From Octopus vulgaris (lineage: Eukaryota), in NCBI GenBank assembly GCA_951406725.2, contig OX597826.1, positions 3,224,001 to 3,288,000 of the forward strand: a stretch of 64,000 nucleotides of DNA. Direction: 5' to 3'. The position numbers and the translations under genes were made by a program. Below the pieces are notes generated by a model. The model did not search any database. It saw only the letters and a program-made list of their open reading frames with translations, and had not been told where the DNA came from. Shown in pieces: positions 41,831 through 55,298 of the stretch (the first letter of the stretch is position 1; every line of letters begins with the position of its first letter).

Positions 41831-44419
41831 TAGATAGATATATAAATATATAGATATATATATATATATATGCATATATATGAACGTATATATGTGTGTG
41901 CAACGTTGTACATATGTTTATCATAATGAATTTACACATATACATATGCGTTTGTGTGGTGTATGCATTTGTACTCCTATGGTATTTGTTTGTTCCCTAT
42001 ATTTCGCTCTTCTGATAATGTTGTTGATACTCTGAATAGCAGCATATATTATATACCAACATATTTATTAGACATTCAGTTTATCTTGTTATCACGTCCC
42101 TTATACTGTCTTTGGATTAATGTTGCGTACATAAATGCTGTGCTTAGGCAGAAGCAAAATGCAGGTGAGCTAAAATATGCTTCTGGGATATTTCAGCTAC
42201 CAAAAGGCAAGTTGACCTCAGTTACCGTGGAGAAATTTGTCTCTTATGGCAAAAACTTGTAAAAAAAAATATCTGTCCAGTATCACCAGTTATCAGCATT
42301 CCGAGACATAGTTGTTTCTGACTCATTAATTGTTATCAATGGGAAATCCCTAATAGAGACCACTCTGGACAGACTTCGTAAAGCTTTATCTAAATTACAG
42401 TCAACTACGTTGACTAATTTGCGTCAGTATGCTGCCAGATCTACTGGCACAGATCTAAAGAGAGATAAAGAGATAGTGAGAGAGAAAAAGAGTGAGCCTG
42501 TGAAAGAGAGAGAGAAAGAGAGGGAGCAAGTCAGATAGGAAAAAGAGAGAGAGCGAGTAAGACTGAGACAAAGATAAATTTTGAGAGTGATAGGCATGCA
42601 GAATCAATGACGAGCAGATGCATTCGAAGATATATAAAGATTAAGGTAGATATATGGATATAGAGTTGTACCGTTGATTCCTCAGTTTTTGAAAATTGCA
42701 ATGGAAAAGGGGATGATCCCAATAAATGCGAGGAAGTAGATATCGACAAAGTTGAAAGTTAATGAGGTATAACTCTAATCCACGAAATTTCCGGAGAATG
42801 GTGTCTTAACAAAAAGCGAGTGTAGCGAATAAAACCAGTCAGTTAAATGACAAAGAATAACAAAAATAATTAAAACAAAAACAGCAACAAGAACAACAAT
42901 AGGTGCAGTAATATTTTTAGCAGCCACAGCAGCAACAAAAGGAGTAACTTTGGTAAAAATAATAAGGAGAAACATTTCAACAGTCACAAGAGAAATAACG
43001 CATGTTTTAACAAATATAACGAGAGAATTTACAAACTTAAATGTCAATATAAGAACAATAGCTGTTGTGGCAACATCAACAATAACGGTACTTACCATAG
43101 CAACAACAACGAGTGTTAGCAATTCGCAATTTCCCAGTTGCTTTGTTGCTTGGAAGGACAGTTGTGATTTAACGAAGTTCGATCACAAACTGCAAATCAT
43201 AAAAAAAAATTCGAGTATTTGGTTTAAATAAATTTCTCCAGAATAATATATAGAGACTGATTATAGAAATGGTACCAAGTTTCTATTGAAACCGCATGAA
43301 AATTGGCTTAGGACATTTAAGGAGTATTCTAAAGTCGGGAAGCAATTTTGGAATTGTCAAGACAAAATGCTTGATTGCTTTCAATTAGCAACATATAAAA
43401 CGATGCAGATGACATTCCCAACTGCATATGCCAATCTACGGCGGATATCAACGTGTTGTATTTACACATGTTGTTTTACATCGGCATGAAATACATCAGC
43501 TCAATGATCACAACTCACTAGACCTCATCGAAATCATGATAACCAGAATGTCTTCCCTTCCTTCAATCACTCAACTTTTGGCCCACTACGACTGTTATAC
43601 CTTATCTGAAGGGCACCGATCGAGTGGTGCATCACTGCGATCGTGGTAAGGCATAGGCTTACAGATAAACCGGAACTGCTTATCCAAACAATGCTTGTGA
43701 AATATAATGTAAGATTAGTGCCCAGCACATTATCGCTTAATAACCTATGGACTAATGAGTTGTTACTGATTTTACGGTTATATTTGTTGTTATTTCGAAT
43801 TTCGTCTTTACTCTGCCTTGTTTTATTTCTGATTAAAATGCCAGTCATTTTTTTTTCAGTCAAATCCGCAATAGCCGTTTCGATATATACAAAATGAATC
43901 TCTGTTTAAAAAGAAAATCTTGAAGACAGACCTGAAAAATATAGAGAAATCTAAGAGCAAGAATTTAAACACTTGAATTACTCTTCAGCAATTCAACACC
44001 TTCTATTAGTAGTTGGTTAAAAATTTATGGGAAGTGATTTGATTAAAATTATGTCAGCATTTAATTGGCAAGAATTAAGAAAATTATTGTTGACCACAAA
44101 GTCATCTGAATTCAGACGGAAACTTGGTGAAACATATATTGTAATTTATGCTTTAGAGCAGTGGACACGAAAATTATTGTCCAGTTTAATTTAACAACAG
44201 AAATTTAACACAGAAAACAAAGAAAGAATAAAAGAAGAGAAAATGCGAGTTAACCACACGACAAAGTGTAAATATTTAACAACTAGGATAAATGTTCGCT
44301 TTTTAAAAGAAACAAAGTCGATAACTATAATAACAACGGCGGTAACAGCGATAGAAGCAACAGCCACAATCAGGAAGTTTAATATACACTTCAGATATAA
44401 ACTTTTGTACAACATCATA

Positions 44420-44581
44420 GGCGCAGGAGTGGCTGTCTGGTAAGTAGCTTTACTTACCAACCGCATGGTTCCGGGTTCAGTCCCACAACGTGGCACTTGG
44501 GCAAGTGTCTTCCACTATAGCCTCGGGCCGACCAAAGCCTTGTAAGTGGATTTGGTAGAAGGAAACTGAAAGAAGCCCGTC

Positions 44582-44639
<58 letters not shown>

Positions 44640-44862
44640 ATGTATGTATATGTTTGTGTGTTTGTGTTTGTCCTCCCAACATCGCCTGACAACAGATGCT
44701 AGCATGTTTACGTCCCCGTAACTTAACGGTTTGGCAAGAGATACTGATAGAATTAGTATTAGACTTACAAAGAATAAGTCCTGGAATCGATTTGCTCGAC
44801 TAAAGGCGATGCTCCAGCATAGCCGCACTCAAATGGCTGAAGTAAATAAAAGAATAAAAGAA
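44420..44862 (+). mobile_element. SINE type T, full length
   Basis: ggcgcaggagtggctgtctggtaagtagc...gggttcagtccc...(TA)n(TG)n...gatgctccagcatagccgcac...aaagaataaaag. Confidence 0.92.
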
Positions 44863-46968
44863 AAAAAGAATCAAACAAACGCACAGCTATATTCACAAAA
44901 AGAAGAAATGAATGGGTTGTTTGGATGTGCAAACCCTGAAAGAGAATTCAGAAATTTTCCTATTTTATGTTTCATGTAATATTACATCAAACAAACGAAT
45001 TCTCGGTATGGTTTATCTGTTACAATGAATATCTCTTTGGCGGAATTAAACAACATAGAATTTTGGCCCCTGATGGAAGAGTGTGAAAAAATTAAAAAAA
45101 AAAGAATAAATATGACAAGTTCTGCTGATCAAATAACGAATTAGCTTTCGTCATGCCTAGGAAATAGTAACTGCAGCAATGTGTCTTGCATTGTTTGAGA
45201 AAGAAAATAGGGGTACGCATGCGTCAAATTCAAATTAGACGCCGAGGTAAAAAAACAAAAAAGCATATAACAAATCAAAGTGGTCAGTTACCGATATCTC
45301 GGTGTATGAGATTGTGCAGCCAAGAATTACGATACGGTAATTAAGGATGTTAAAATGTGGTTCGGCACTATTTTTTGTGTAGATTTGTTCGGTATTAAGC
45401 ACTAAAGTAATCGAAGTGAAAACAAATATTTGGGGTAAAGTCTATTGAGATATTTATCCCAACTCTAAGAGATTGATGTTTATCTGTAGGACGATGCCTT
45501 TCCGATTCAGCCCTGCAACGATTGTTTTAATGAGCCCGAGAAAGATAGAGTATTTTGAAATTGAATCCTATCCTGAGGGCTGAACAGAACTCCACGGCAC
45601 TCATGGGCAATGGCTGCAGTCCAAACAATAGAAGTGACTCTTGGTCTTTTACTCTGAGGAGAAATATAAATGGATTCCTGTAGAATCACCAAAGTAAAAT
45701 TTGATGCAGGAGGCTGCTCTCCAAAGACTGGAAAAGTGGTGACATATGACCAGTTGTTTCGCGAAGGAAATTGAATGTTTTCTCGTTCTCAGGAGTAAAA
45801 GAACACGTGTGCTAGTTCAGTATACGAATCGTCAGGACAAGTTCAGAAACTTTTCGTACTGAAATAAGGATGCGAATAGTCCAAACGAATGTGTAACTGT
45901 TTTAGACGTTCCATACGATAAAAGAGTCTATTCAAGAAATGTTAACACCGAAATGAAGGCACGCAGAATAAAAGCATGAAGGGCAACCCTTCTCCGGAAA
46001 GAAACCGAGTATAGAAACAACACATTCTTCCTTTAGAAACAATGTAGTACTAAGACGATACAAGAACCTCATTTACTGCCAGTATGAACTGTGTCTTTTG
46101 AAAACTTAGGCACTATAAAAATCAGCCCCAGGTTTTTGCGTGTATTCACGCAGCAGAAATATCTTAAAGAAAACGCAATTTTGACAAAAATTAGCTGCAC
46201 GGTAGCTCTGATTTTTCAATCCTCATATTCTTCTCCATCCATCTTAATGTTGATACAACTCGATTTACTTCCTTGATAAGGTTAAAATTCCAGAATATGT
46301 ACTGGATAATTTCATATTTGCTAGGATTTGCATTTTATTTTCCAGTCGCTTTGTCCATGTATGGATTGAAAAGTTTCCGGTTTTTAACGACCCAGAGTAT
46401 TAATGTGTTTGCCTGAATTATCTATGACGCTTTTGGAATGACATTGTGAGCTGAGTCAACGGAAACATTTTCTGTATTTAACAACAGACTGTGGTCAACT
46501 GTTTGCAGATATAAAGCTAATGTATTATGGTACTACTTCCTCTATCGGTTGAATGTAAACATGTTTCTGCTGTTTATGGCCTCCCATTTCGTTGATGAAA
46601 CAAGCAGGAAAATGCATATATCATGTAGAAACACTGTCGCATAGGACTCACAGATAAGAGTTAGTCGTTCCTTCAAATTTCTTTTCCTACGATATTTATT
46701 TGTTTCAAACAAGCAAGGTTTAAATGTGCGACACCGGAGCAGCTGTCATATAAAGACTTTCCGCTCATATCCCATAATGCTGTTTGCAAATTTCGTGTTT
46801 TAAATTTAACTTAAAATCACACAAAGAATATTTGTCTAAAACTGGATTTAAAATCCCTAGATATGTTATCGATTACAACTGACATAATTTAACACTATAT
46901 AGACATTTGGAAAAATATATTGCTTCAGTCTGCTGTTGCTGCTGCACCTGGATAAGCAGCAACCGCAG

Positions 46969-47293
46969 GAGGCGCAATAGCTCAGTGGTTAGGTCAGCGG
47001 ACTCGCAGTCGGAGGATCGCTGTTTCGATTCCCAAACCGGGCGCTGTGTGTGTTTATTGAGCGAAAGCACCAAAAGCTCCACGACGCTCCAGCATGGGGT
47101 GGTGGCGACCCCTGTTGTACTCTTTCGCCCCAACTTTCTCTCACTCTTTCTTCCTGTTTCCTGTCCGCGACTTCCTACGCAACAGCTGAGACTGTGCCGG
47201 GGATTGACCTGCTTTCTCTTCTGTGGGTCTTACGAATAGCATAGGACCACGTTTCGGACCACTCGGACCGGACCGCTCAACAGCAACAGCAAC
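46969..47293 (+). mobile_element. tRNA-derived SINE, head A + tail 4, 14-bp TSD
   Basis: gaggcgcaatagctcagtggttaggtcagcggactcgc...; unique tail; TSD agcagcaaccgcag at 46955-46968 and 47294-47307. Confidence 0.9.
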
Positions 47294-47359
47294 AGCAGCA
47301 ACCGCAGCAATAGGCACCAGCAGAATAATAAAAAAATTCACCAGGCAGCTGTTGCTTCA

Positions 47360-48110
47360 GACATTTATGTTATTATAATACCATGATATTATCACAACCT
47401 TCAAGAATCTACTCGTAGTGAATACTTGTTATGCTCACAGTTATTTCTCCCGTTGTAGCTTTCATTCATGGTTTTGTCGATCAGTAATAGTTCATAACAG
47501 TTCATGCGTCTTTGCAGCACCCTTCCGCTCTTTATAAAACAGATTGCATTTATCCATGTGTCTATTTATCCCCTGTGAGATGATTGCAGCAAAGGCTTTT
47601 TAAACTAGAGAAAGGCACTTTAGAGGTGCCTATTTGTCTACGTTACATAGTTTAACCAGAGATTTAGAATTTTAACCTTTGCAGCTAACTTCTAGTTGTT
47701 TGTTTAATTGGCATCTGCGTCACTTTTTGTGATGAGCTTGTGACGGCCTCCCACGGTTGTTCAGTGATACATGTTGCAATACTCTTACACACTTCATCTC
47801 GAGGATATATTGGCTGTCTATATAGCTATGAATGATTCTTCATCATTTCTTGTAATTAATATTGCACAGTTATTTTTTTATCTTTAGTCAGTTCGAATAA
47901 AACTGTTTTTGGCTTCCCGTTGAGCTGTCAGCTTACTACAAAAAACAAAAAACGCTTTTGATCTTCAAGTGGCTGGATCGTTTTGCGCTTTAGTGTAGAG
48001 ACCATCTAACAGGCGTTCTCTTATTTTGTGTACTGCTCTGTTTTGCAGTGTCATACAACAGATTTCTTTCTCCATCTTATTTTAGTAGTGTCTGCGTAAA
48101 GTGGTTAGTC
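47360..48110 (-). mobile_element. highly degenerate R4/Dong-like RT fragment
   Basis: MDKCNLFYKERKG...CYELLLIDKTMNESYNGRNN resembles N-L-EQKG...C-DQLLIDK of R4-clade RT. Confidence 0.5.
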
Positions 48111-48164
48111 TCTTACTGTCCAATACAATGATTTGGCAAGAGTTAATTAGCCATAAATTTATAA

Positions 48165-48370
48165 GTGGCTTACAGCTTTGGACAAAATGCCTTCCGGTTC
48201 TTTACATTTTGATTGCAAATCCCACTGAGTTAAATCGGCCTTTCATCTCTCCGAGGAAGATAAAATAATGTGAAATTATGGCACTACTTCCTCTATCGGT
48301 TGAATGTAAACATGTCACCGACAAACGACACACCACAAAATGGCTATCCTTGTGCTTAAATTAGAAATAA
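48165..48370 (+). mobile_element. degenerate SINE type M containing a 41-bp insert
   Basis: ggacaaaatgcc...caaatcccactgagttaaatcggcctttcatctctccgagg; insert 48275-48315. Confidence 0.5.
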
Positions 48371-48555
48371 TAATTACGGTTTGTGAGCTAGCAGATTTGA
48401 TAGAGAGTCGGAAAATGTTTTGCGGCAGCTATTGATATTCTTGACTTTGTGACATCCACCAGGGTTAACTTTCCTTATCCGCTATTGATAAAATAAGATA
48501 TTGGCATCGATGTTATCAGCTTGATCCTTCCACCCACCAATACTAACTCGTTCCT

Positions 48556-48920
48556 GACAAGCTGGCAGAAACGTTAGCACGCCGGGCGAAATGCTTAGCA
48601 GTATTTCGTCTGCCGCTACGTTCTGAGTTCAAATTTCGCCAAGGTCGAATTTGCCTTTCATCCTTTCGGGGTCGATTAAGTAAGTACCAGTTACGCACTA
48701 GGGTCGATATAATTAACTTAATCCCTTTGTCTGTCCTTGTTTGTTTTCTATGTGTTTAGCCCCTTGTGGGTAGTAAAGAAATAGGTAATTCGTCTCTCTG
48801 TGTAGGTTGAGTTGAAATTCCACCTTGGTCGACTTTACTTTTCATCCATTCGAGGTCGATAAAATAAGAAGCAGCTGACCACTGAGGACGATGTAATCGA
48901 ATTACCCGAAATTTCTTGCC
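48556..48920 (+). mobile_element. SINE type M with tandem restart
   Basis: agctggcagaaacgttagcacgccgggcgaaatgcttagc...gagttcaaatttcgccaaggtcgaatttgcctttcatcctttcggggtcgat...aaagaaataggtaattcgtc (second, more diverged unit). Confidence 0.9.
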
Positions 48921-48954
48921 TTTTACTAAAACATACAACCATATTTTTTTTGTT

Positions 48955-49290
48955 ATTATTTGATTCGTTCATATTCCTCGTAAGATCTATGTGAATAGCG
49001 GATTACTACGTGTAACCTTAGGTATACACAAGTTTTCAGTAGACTTAGAACCCTCCTGATAATCCTTGCTGTCCTCAAGAGACAAACTTTCTGGAAGCGA
49101 TCTACAGGGCATTCTATTCCAATATCCTTCATCCATTTGCCTATATCTTTGCTAACAGTTCCCAACGCACCAAATATTACAGGTATGATCTTAAGAGTCC
49201 TCATACACCAAATACTTCCTATTTCAAATTTTAAGAGATAGTAATTTTTTTTATTTTCGTGCTCGTTCTGGAATCCAACAACCATGATGG
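48955..49290 (-). mobile_element. R4/Dong-like retrotransposon 3' fragment beside a (TAA)n tract
   Basis: LKFEIGSIWCMRTLKIIPVIFGALGTVSKDIGKWMKDIGIECPVDRFQKVCLLRTARIIRRVL. Confidence 0.85.
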
Positions 49291-49291
49291 G

Positions 49292-49797
<506 letters not shown>

Positions 49798-49829
49798 AGT
49801 ATATATGTGTTTATATATATGCATATATA

Positions 49830-50042
49830 CAATTGCAGCATGGAAGGTGTTTATAAGCCATTTAAAAAACACAAAACACATCCATTAGATTCACTTCAAC
49901 TCTAACTAGTGAAAATATTTTCGTCGCTTAGAAACCACGACTTGTTCACTGGCTTATAAACACCTTCCACTCTGCAATAGTTTTCGTTTCAGTACACAAT
50001 GTCGGATCAAGTCACTTGCTATGCAAGTACATATCAGTAATA
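49830..50042 (-). mobile_element. TA-flanked fold-back element with hammerhead-like motif
   Basis: Arms attgcagcatggaaggtgtttataagcca (49832-49860) and tggcttataaacaccttccactctgcaat (49950-49978), plus a ~60-nt extension to (TA)n. Confidence 0.7.
49906..49953 (-). ncRNA. hammerhead-like motif with G3:C8 swapped core
   Basis: Minus strand ca-GTGAACA-a-GTCGT ggtttctaa GCGAC-GAAA-ATAT-TT|TCAC; palindromic stem III; stem I damaged at the fold-back junction. Confidence 0.5.
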
Positions 50043-50109
50043 TGTATATATATATATATATATATAAGTATTTATACACACACACATATATATATAACAT
50101 ATACATATA

Positions 50110-50345
50110 TATGTATGAATATATGTGTGTATGTGTCTTCGTGTCCGTGCTTGTCCCCCACCACCGCTTGAAAAGTAATGTTGATGCGACAGCCCTCTCC
50201 CCTTACTTGACGTTTCGGCAAAAAAGACTAAATACCAAGCTTAAGGAAAAAGACGTACTCGGGCGGATACATTCGTCCAAAAGTTCTTCAACACGTTGCC
50301 CCATTATGGCCACAGTCTAATAACTGCAACAATAAAATATAAAAG
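50110..50345 (+). mobile_element. SINE type T, degenerate 3' part
   Basis: gtgcttgtcccccaccaccgcttg...ttcggcaaaaaagac...tgccccattatggccacagtc...taaaatataaaaga. Confidence 0.65.
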
Positions 50346-50976
50346 ATTAATGATAAGCTTTGAGAGATGGTTTATTTTCATTATTTTCGAAATAGTTTGT
50401 CATCTTGCTGCGACTCTTTTAAGTATAACACCTCCTAATATCTGTCTGAAATTTGTGTTAATATCTCGGCCTTTTGATCTTGTTCAAAGTGTGCTCGTAT
50501 CGGTTTCCTGATTCGGAATTCACCTTCAAAGGACTTGCTTATTTTATCCAAGTATTAAAATAATTTCGACTGGGCTTCCAAAGAGCTGTGAAATATACGA
50601 AAGGTGTGCTGGGCTATCTTTTAAGGATCAGTTCTTTTTTAGGTGAGCGGTATCTTTGCTTCATGGGTGGTATATACCTAATCTCTGATTTTGTTGCCTA
50701 TCATTGTCACTTTCAAAATGTCTACAGGGCCTCTAGGTTCATCACAAGATGAGTTGCGACGATAATGCTGGGAGCAGGTATATGGAAATCGTTTAGTAAT
50801 TCCCGTTGCAAGAGTTACCGAAATTTCTATGTTTACATTGAAGGATGCAAGCAGGTTTCTATGGATAGACATATGTATGTATGAATACATGTATGTATGT
50901 ATGTATGTGTATATATACCTGAACGCATGACTGTCATACTGTATATATATATATATATATATATATCTCGCAATCG

Positions 50977-51016
<40 letters not shown>

Positions 51017-51019
<3 letters not shown>

Positions 51020-51489
51020 AAATAAAAAAATGAATAATCTTGTAGCAGATTAATCAAAAGTTTAACCGATACCTTGGTAGCAAAAATCACAGCAGAAGAC
51101 AGCACGGTTGGAGGTACAACCATATGGTGTTGCAACCGTGCGTTGGTGCGGATAATTGAATTTTAATATTATTACACACCCCGTGCCCTCATCCACAGGA
51201 ATGACCGCTGCCTGACCCGTTAAAATCTTCAACGCACCCACCACCCGTTCTCAACATACACTGATAAACAGTTTGACCATGGGCTCTTAGGAGCCTAGTT
51301 CGATTTGTTTTGCTCCGCCTCTGTTCTGTTTTTGTTTTTTCCAAAGTATTTCCTATTTCTTCCTGAAGAGAAAGACACAATATGGTCTCATTATTCAATC
51401 GGATTTTGGTAAATTGTGCCTTTCGAAACACGTGTAGAATGAAATAAAACGATTTCTGTTCAATCTTCGTTGAGCTCCATTTCTTCAAT

Positions 51490-51493
<4 letters not shown>
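51017..51493 (+). mobile_element. (TA)n-flanked element with hammerhead and loose inverted termini
   Basis: Long (TA)n on both sides; ends gtgaaataaaaaaatg / catttcttcaattcac; internal hairpin gcacggttg...caaccgtgc; HHR 51354-51446. Confidence 0.75.
51354..51446 (+). ncRNA. minimal type I hammerhead ribozyme
   Basis: tatttcTTC-CTGAAGA-GAAAGaCACAAT...ATTGTGcCTTTC-GAAA-CACGTGT-A|GAAtgaaata; canonical core, 11/12-bp stem II, palindromic ACACGTGT stem III, GUA triplet. Confidence 0.9.
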
Positions 51494-51533
<40 letters not shown>

Positions 51534-51545
51534 GTTATATATATA

Positions 51546-51591
<46 letters not shown>

Positions 51592-51732
51592 CATCTTCAT
51601 GTATATATATCTATATGTATATATATGTATATGTATGTGTGCATATATGTATGCATGTATTCAAACTCATACATATTTATATGTGTATAATCACATGATG
51701 TACATGTATACATGTGTATATATATATATATA

Positions 51733-51768
<36 letters not shown>

Positions 51769-53066
51769 TGTGTCTGTGTGTGTGTGTGTACGTGTGCATC
51801 TGTGTGTGTATGCATATATATACTACATTCAGATATTTATATAATAATTGAGATGTTAAGTAACACTAGCTAGTGATTGGAACATTATGTGTTTCCGTCT
51901 CTGACGTTCACATCTCACCAAATACTAACAGAATATGATAAACGGACAATGTTACTTATTAAATATACGATGGTGTTTTCAATGCTTTTGGGGGTTCCAT
52001 TTGACTGATTATTCTATTTCCTGTGTTTTCATTTTTATTGTTTTGGTATAGTATTATGTTAAGTATTTTTTCTTTATGTTTTGTTATGTTGATTTTTTTA
52101 TGCAGAGTTTTGCTTTGTTTATTTCTTTCTTCTGTAGACGTTTCTTTTTTGCCCAGACCACCTTGAAATGTCAAATTTATATAATACACGTAGAGTAAAT
52201 AGTCTCATGACCTACCTATATATCGCTGTATCTATCTAGATAATTGTTAATTTAACATGAATATCCGCATACACACGGACACCTACAAACACTCAGGCCG
52301 ACACACATATACACACACAAACTCACCTCCACCCAACACAAAATAAACAAATATGTACGCATTCACATCGCTATTATACATATATGTGTATTTGTGAGTG
52401 CATATGTATGTATACTTGTACGTATATCTGTGTCGGAATGCGTGTATGTGCACTTGCATATCTATATCTTATTTTGTATATGTATATATATATCTATATA
52501 TATATATATATCATATATATATACACTACATATATATTTTCTTATATAAGTATGTATATATATATATATATATACTTATATATATATATATATATATACT
52601 TATATAAGAAAATATATATGTAGTGTATATATATATATGATATATATATATGAGTATATGTGTGCCCGTAGTGTTGTGTGTGAATGTATCATGGCTTCTG
52701 CATTGTAAGTCTGTTTATATTCCATACACCATTATGGTCAGCAGACGTTTGCTACTTCTGTATATACACATAGATTACATTATGTTATATTAAATCAACA
52801 TCTTAGGAGTTCATCGGAAACTATTGGCCATATTCTAGTTTGTTTACGCTTTATTTCTTGTCTCTCATGCCAGTCTGTTTAAATTCGAATTTCTTTCCCA
52901 GCGTCGTCTGAGGTAATGCAAATGTGTCTTCTGCACTAGATTTGATAGACTTTTTCGTTTTGGTATAAACACAGGCAGACACAGATGTACGTATATCCGT
53001 ATCTGGTGATAAATATGATAAATACACACACACATGGATATATATCTGTGTGTGTACGTTCGCGGG

Positions 53067-53153
<87 letters not shown>

Positions 53154-53158
<5 letters not shown>

Positions 53159-53514
53159 AAAGAAAAAAAAATGTAGGTGTAGACGATCTTTAATTCATTG
53201 TCCACGTCGTTACAGATCCAATAGAAATTCTACAAATTGTTTTGAAGTCTAATTAATTCTTAAGTCAAAGACAAATAAATCCTCTTGAATTAAAAATTAG
53301 ATTCTTGGTCAGGAATTACATATCGATATGAATAATAACCGCCAAAATCAATATAAAAAGACGAAGAATCTCATTTTTATTTCAAGAAGAGTTTCTCGCT
53401 TTTGACTTTGGAATAAATGAGACTCCGAAACAACTTGTAGAATTTATATTGGATATGTACTAACCAGGATTATGAATTAAAGATCGTCTACAACTGCATT
53501 TTCCCCTTTTCTTA
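53154..53514. mobile_element. (TA)n-adjacent fold-back with ~150-bp arms and a decayed hammerhead-like motif
   Basis: 53154-53308 is the inverse of 53364-53514; TTC-AAGAAGA-GTTTCTC...GAGACTCC-GAAAC aactt GTA|GAA at 53381-53444. Confidence 0.65.
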
Positions 53515-53564
53515 CACTTCATTTATTGTGTTTATTTTTGCAAAATTAATATATATTCTTTATA

Positions 53565-53845
53565 TTTATATACTAATAGAATTGGCAAGACAATAAAAGA
53601 ATAAAAGAGACCTCGATGTTATGTAAATATAGGAATTTATTTGTAAATAAAATATGGATTAATTATTCGGTAGCCATTATAAAATTCCAAGTTTCGGATG
53701 TCGGTGCAGAAACGCACTCCGGCATCATTCCAGGTATCAGGCCATCAAAGAAAGTGTTATTACTGAAGTGATGCCGGCGTGAGAATCCGCCACGACATCC
53801 GAAAATCGGAGTTTTATCATGGCTACCGTATAATTGTCACATATT
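53565..53845. mobile_element. fold-back element with a hammerhead-like motif in both arms
   Basis: 53651-53733 is the inverse of 53763-53845; CTGAAG-TGATGCCGG...CGACATCC-GAAA. Confidence 0.6.
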
Positions 53846-53869
53846 ATATTCACACACACACACACACAC

Positions 53870-54240
53870 TTGTTCCATTCACTTGACTGCGTCCATGCTG
53901 CCGCATCGCCTTTATTCGAACAAATCGATCCCCGAAGTTATTATTTTAAGACTAGTACTTTCCTCATCGGTCTCTTTTGCCGGACCCTTAAGTTATGGGG
54001 ACTTAAACACATCAACATCGGTTCTCAAGTAATAGCGGATGTGCAAAGACAGACAGACCCACACACACACACTCCCATATATGTACACACGATGGACTTC
54101 TTTCAGTTTCCGTCTACCAAATCCATTCACTAGGCTTTAGTCGGCCGTAAACTATAAGTAGAAAACACTTGCTTAAGGTGTCTCTCAGTGGGACTGAACC
54201 CGGGCCCAAGTGGTCAGGAAGCAAGTTCTTAACCACACAG
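53870..54240 (-). mobile_element. SINE type T
   Basis: ttctttcagtttccgtctaccaaatccattcac...cagtgggactgaacccggg...aaccacacag. Confidence 0.85.
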
Positions 54241-55298
54241 TCTCGACATAAAAAATTGGACTTGTGCCAAATTTTGAAGCCTATATACATACAAACTTGC
54301 ATATATATAGAGAGAGATACGTGCCCAGATGTATACACACCTTATTCGTTTCGTTTTGGAATACATATTCAATTTTGTAACCAACCTCAGTCTTTACAAT
54401 TTTTCCAGCGAGAATGCACGTTATATTTTAAATTTGAACATTTTCCCCGTATACTAAACGCCGGACTTAAAGATTATATTCTTTGCTTTATGATCCGTCC
54501 CTTTATAGATTGTTACTAATATTTTTCCTAATATAACCAAGCGTGCTACAACCTTTCGGTATATAATTAAAAATTATTAATCTCTGTAGAAGTCCTACTC
54601 AATCTCAATCAGTTGTCCATTGTTGTTCTCCTTCTCATTGGCTAACTAAAGGATGTTCACAACCGCCGTGATATTGTCTTTTTTGCCATTTTCTGTTTTC
54701 TTGCTGGAACTGTTCATAGGAATGATCCAACAATATTCCTTCACGCTATGTGTGTGTATATACATTCAATGATTGTTTTTATCCCAGGGAAGGATCTTCT
54801 GCCGATGGTTTTATATCTTGCTGTACCAGTAACAAAATATCTCCGTGGGTGTAGTACTACGATGATATTATTGAGAAACTGCTGATAAAGCCTGTTATAT
54901 CATCCACAGAAGAATGGCATTATCGACATTTACGGTTGCATATCGGGAGTTTTAGAGCTTTATGGTTTCGTTTGTTCTTCAGTTAATTCCACACTATCTC
55001 CTAATGGATAGCAGCAAAAATATCCTTTGTGATGTGACGTGATGAGCGATAACTATTTCAAGAGTTGCTACACTTATGTCAACATTATCGTCATTCTCAT
55101 TCTTTAGCAAACAACCTTATTTATAGTTGTTTTTTGAATGGTCTTTGCTGGTGGTTAGTTAGTTCTGCTATTCTACGTTCCAATGCGAAGAGACTTTGTC
55201 GATGTATGTATATTTTGAGGCGGTTATTTAGCAAACGCTAAGCGGAATGATAGCACATGGTGCACAACGGCTGCCTGCCTGGAACTGTTCTTATATAA

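Noticed and set aside
43286-43540. ORF loosely resembling R4-clade RT (WLRTFK...ANLRRIST)
   Set aside because: Similarity too weak to support by eye
45280-46330. Possible Crypton tyrosine-recombinase remnant on the minus strand (VNTRK, WSSVQPSG, HQSLR)
   Set aside because: Motifs short, in different frames and wrongly spaced; needs BLASTX
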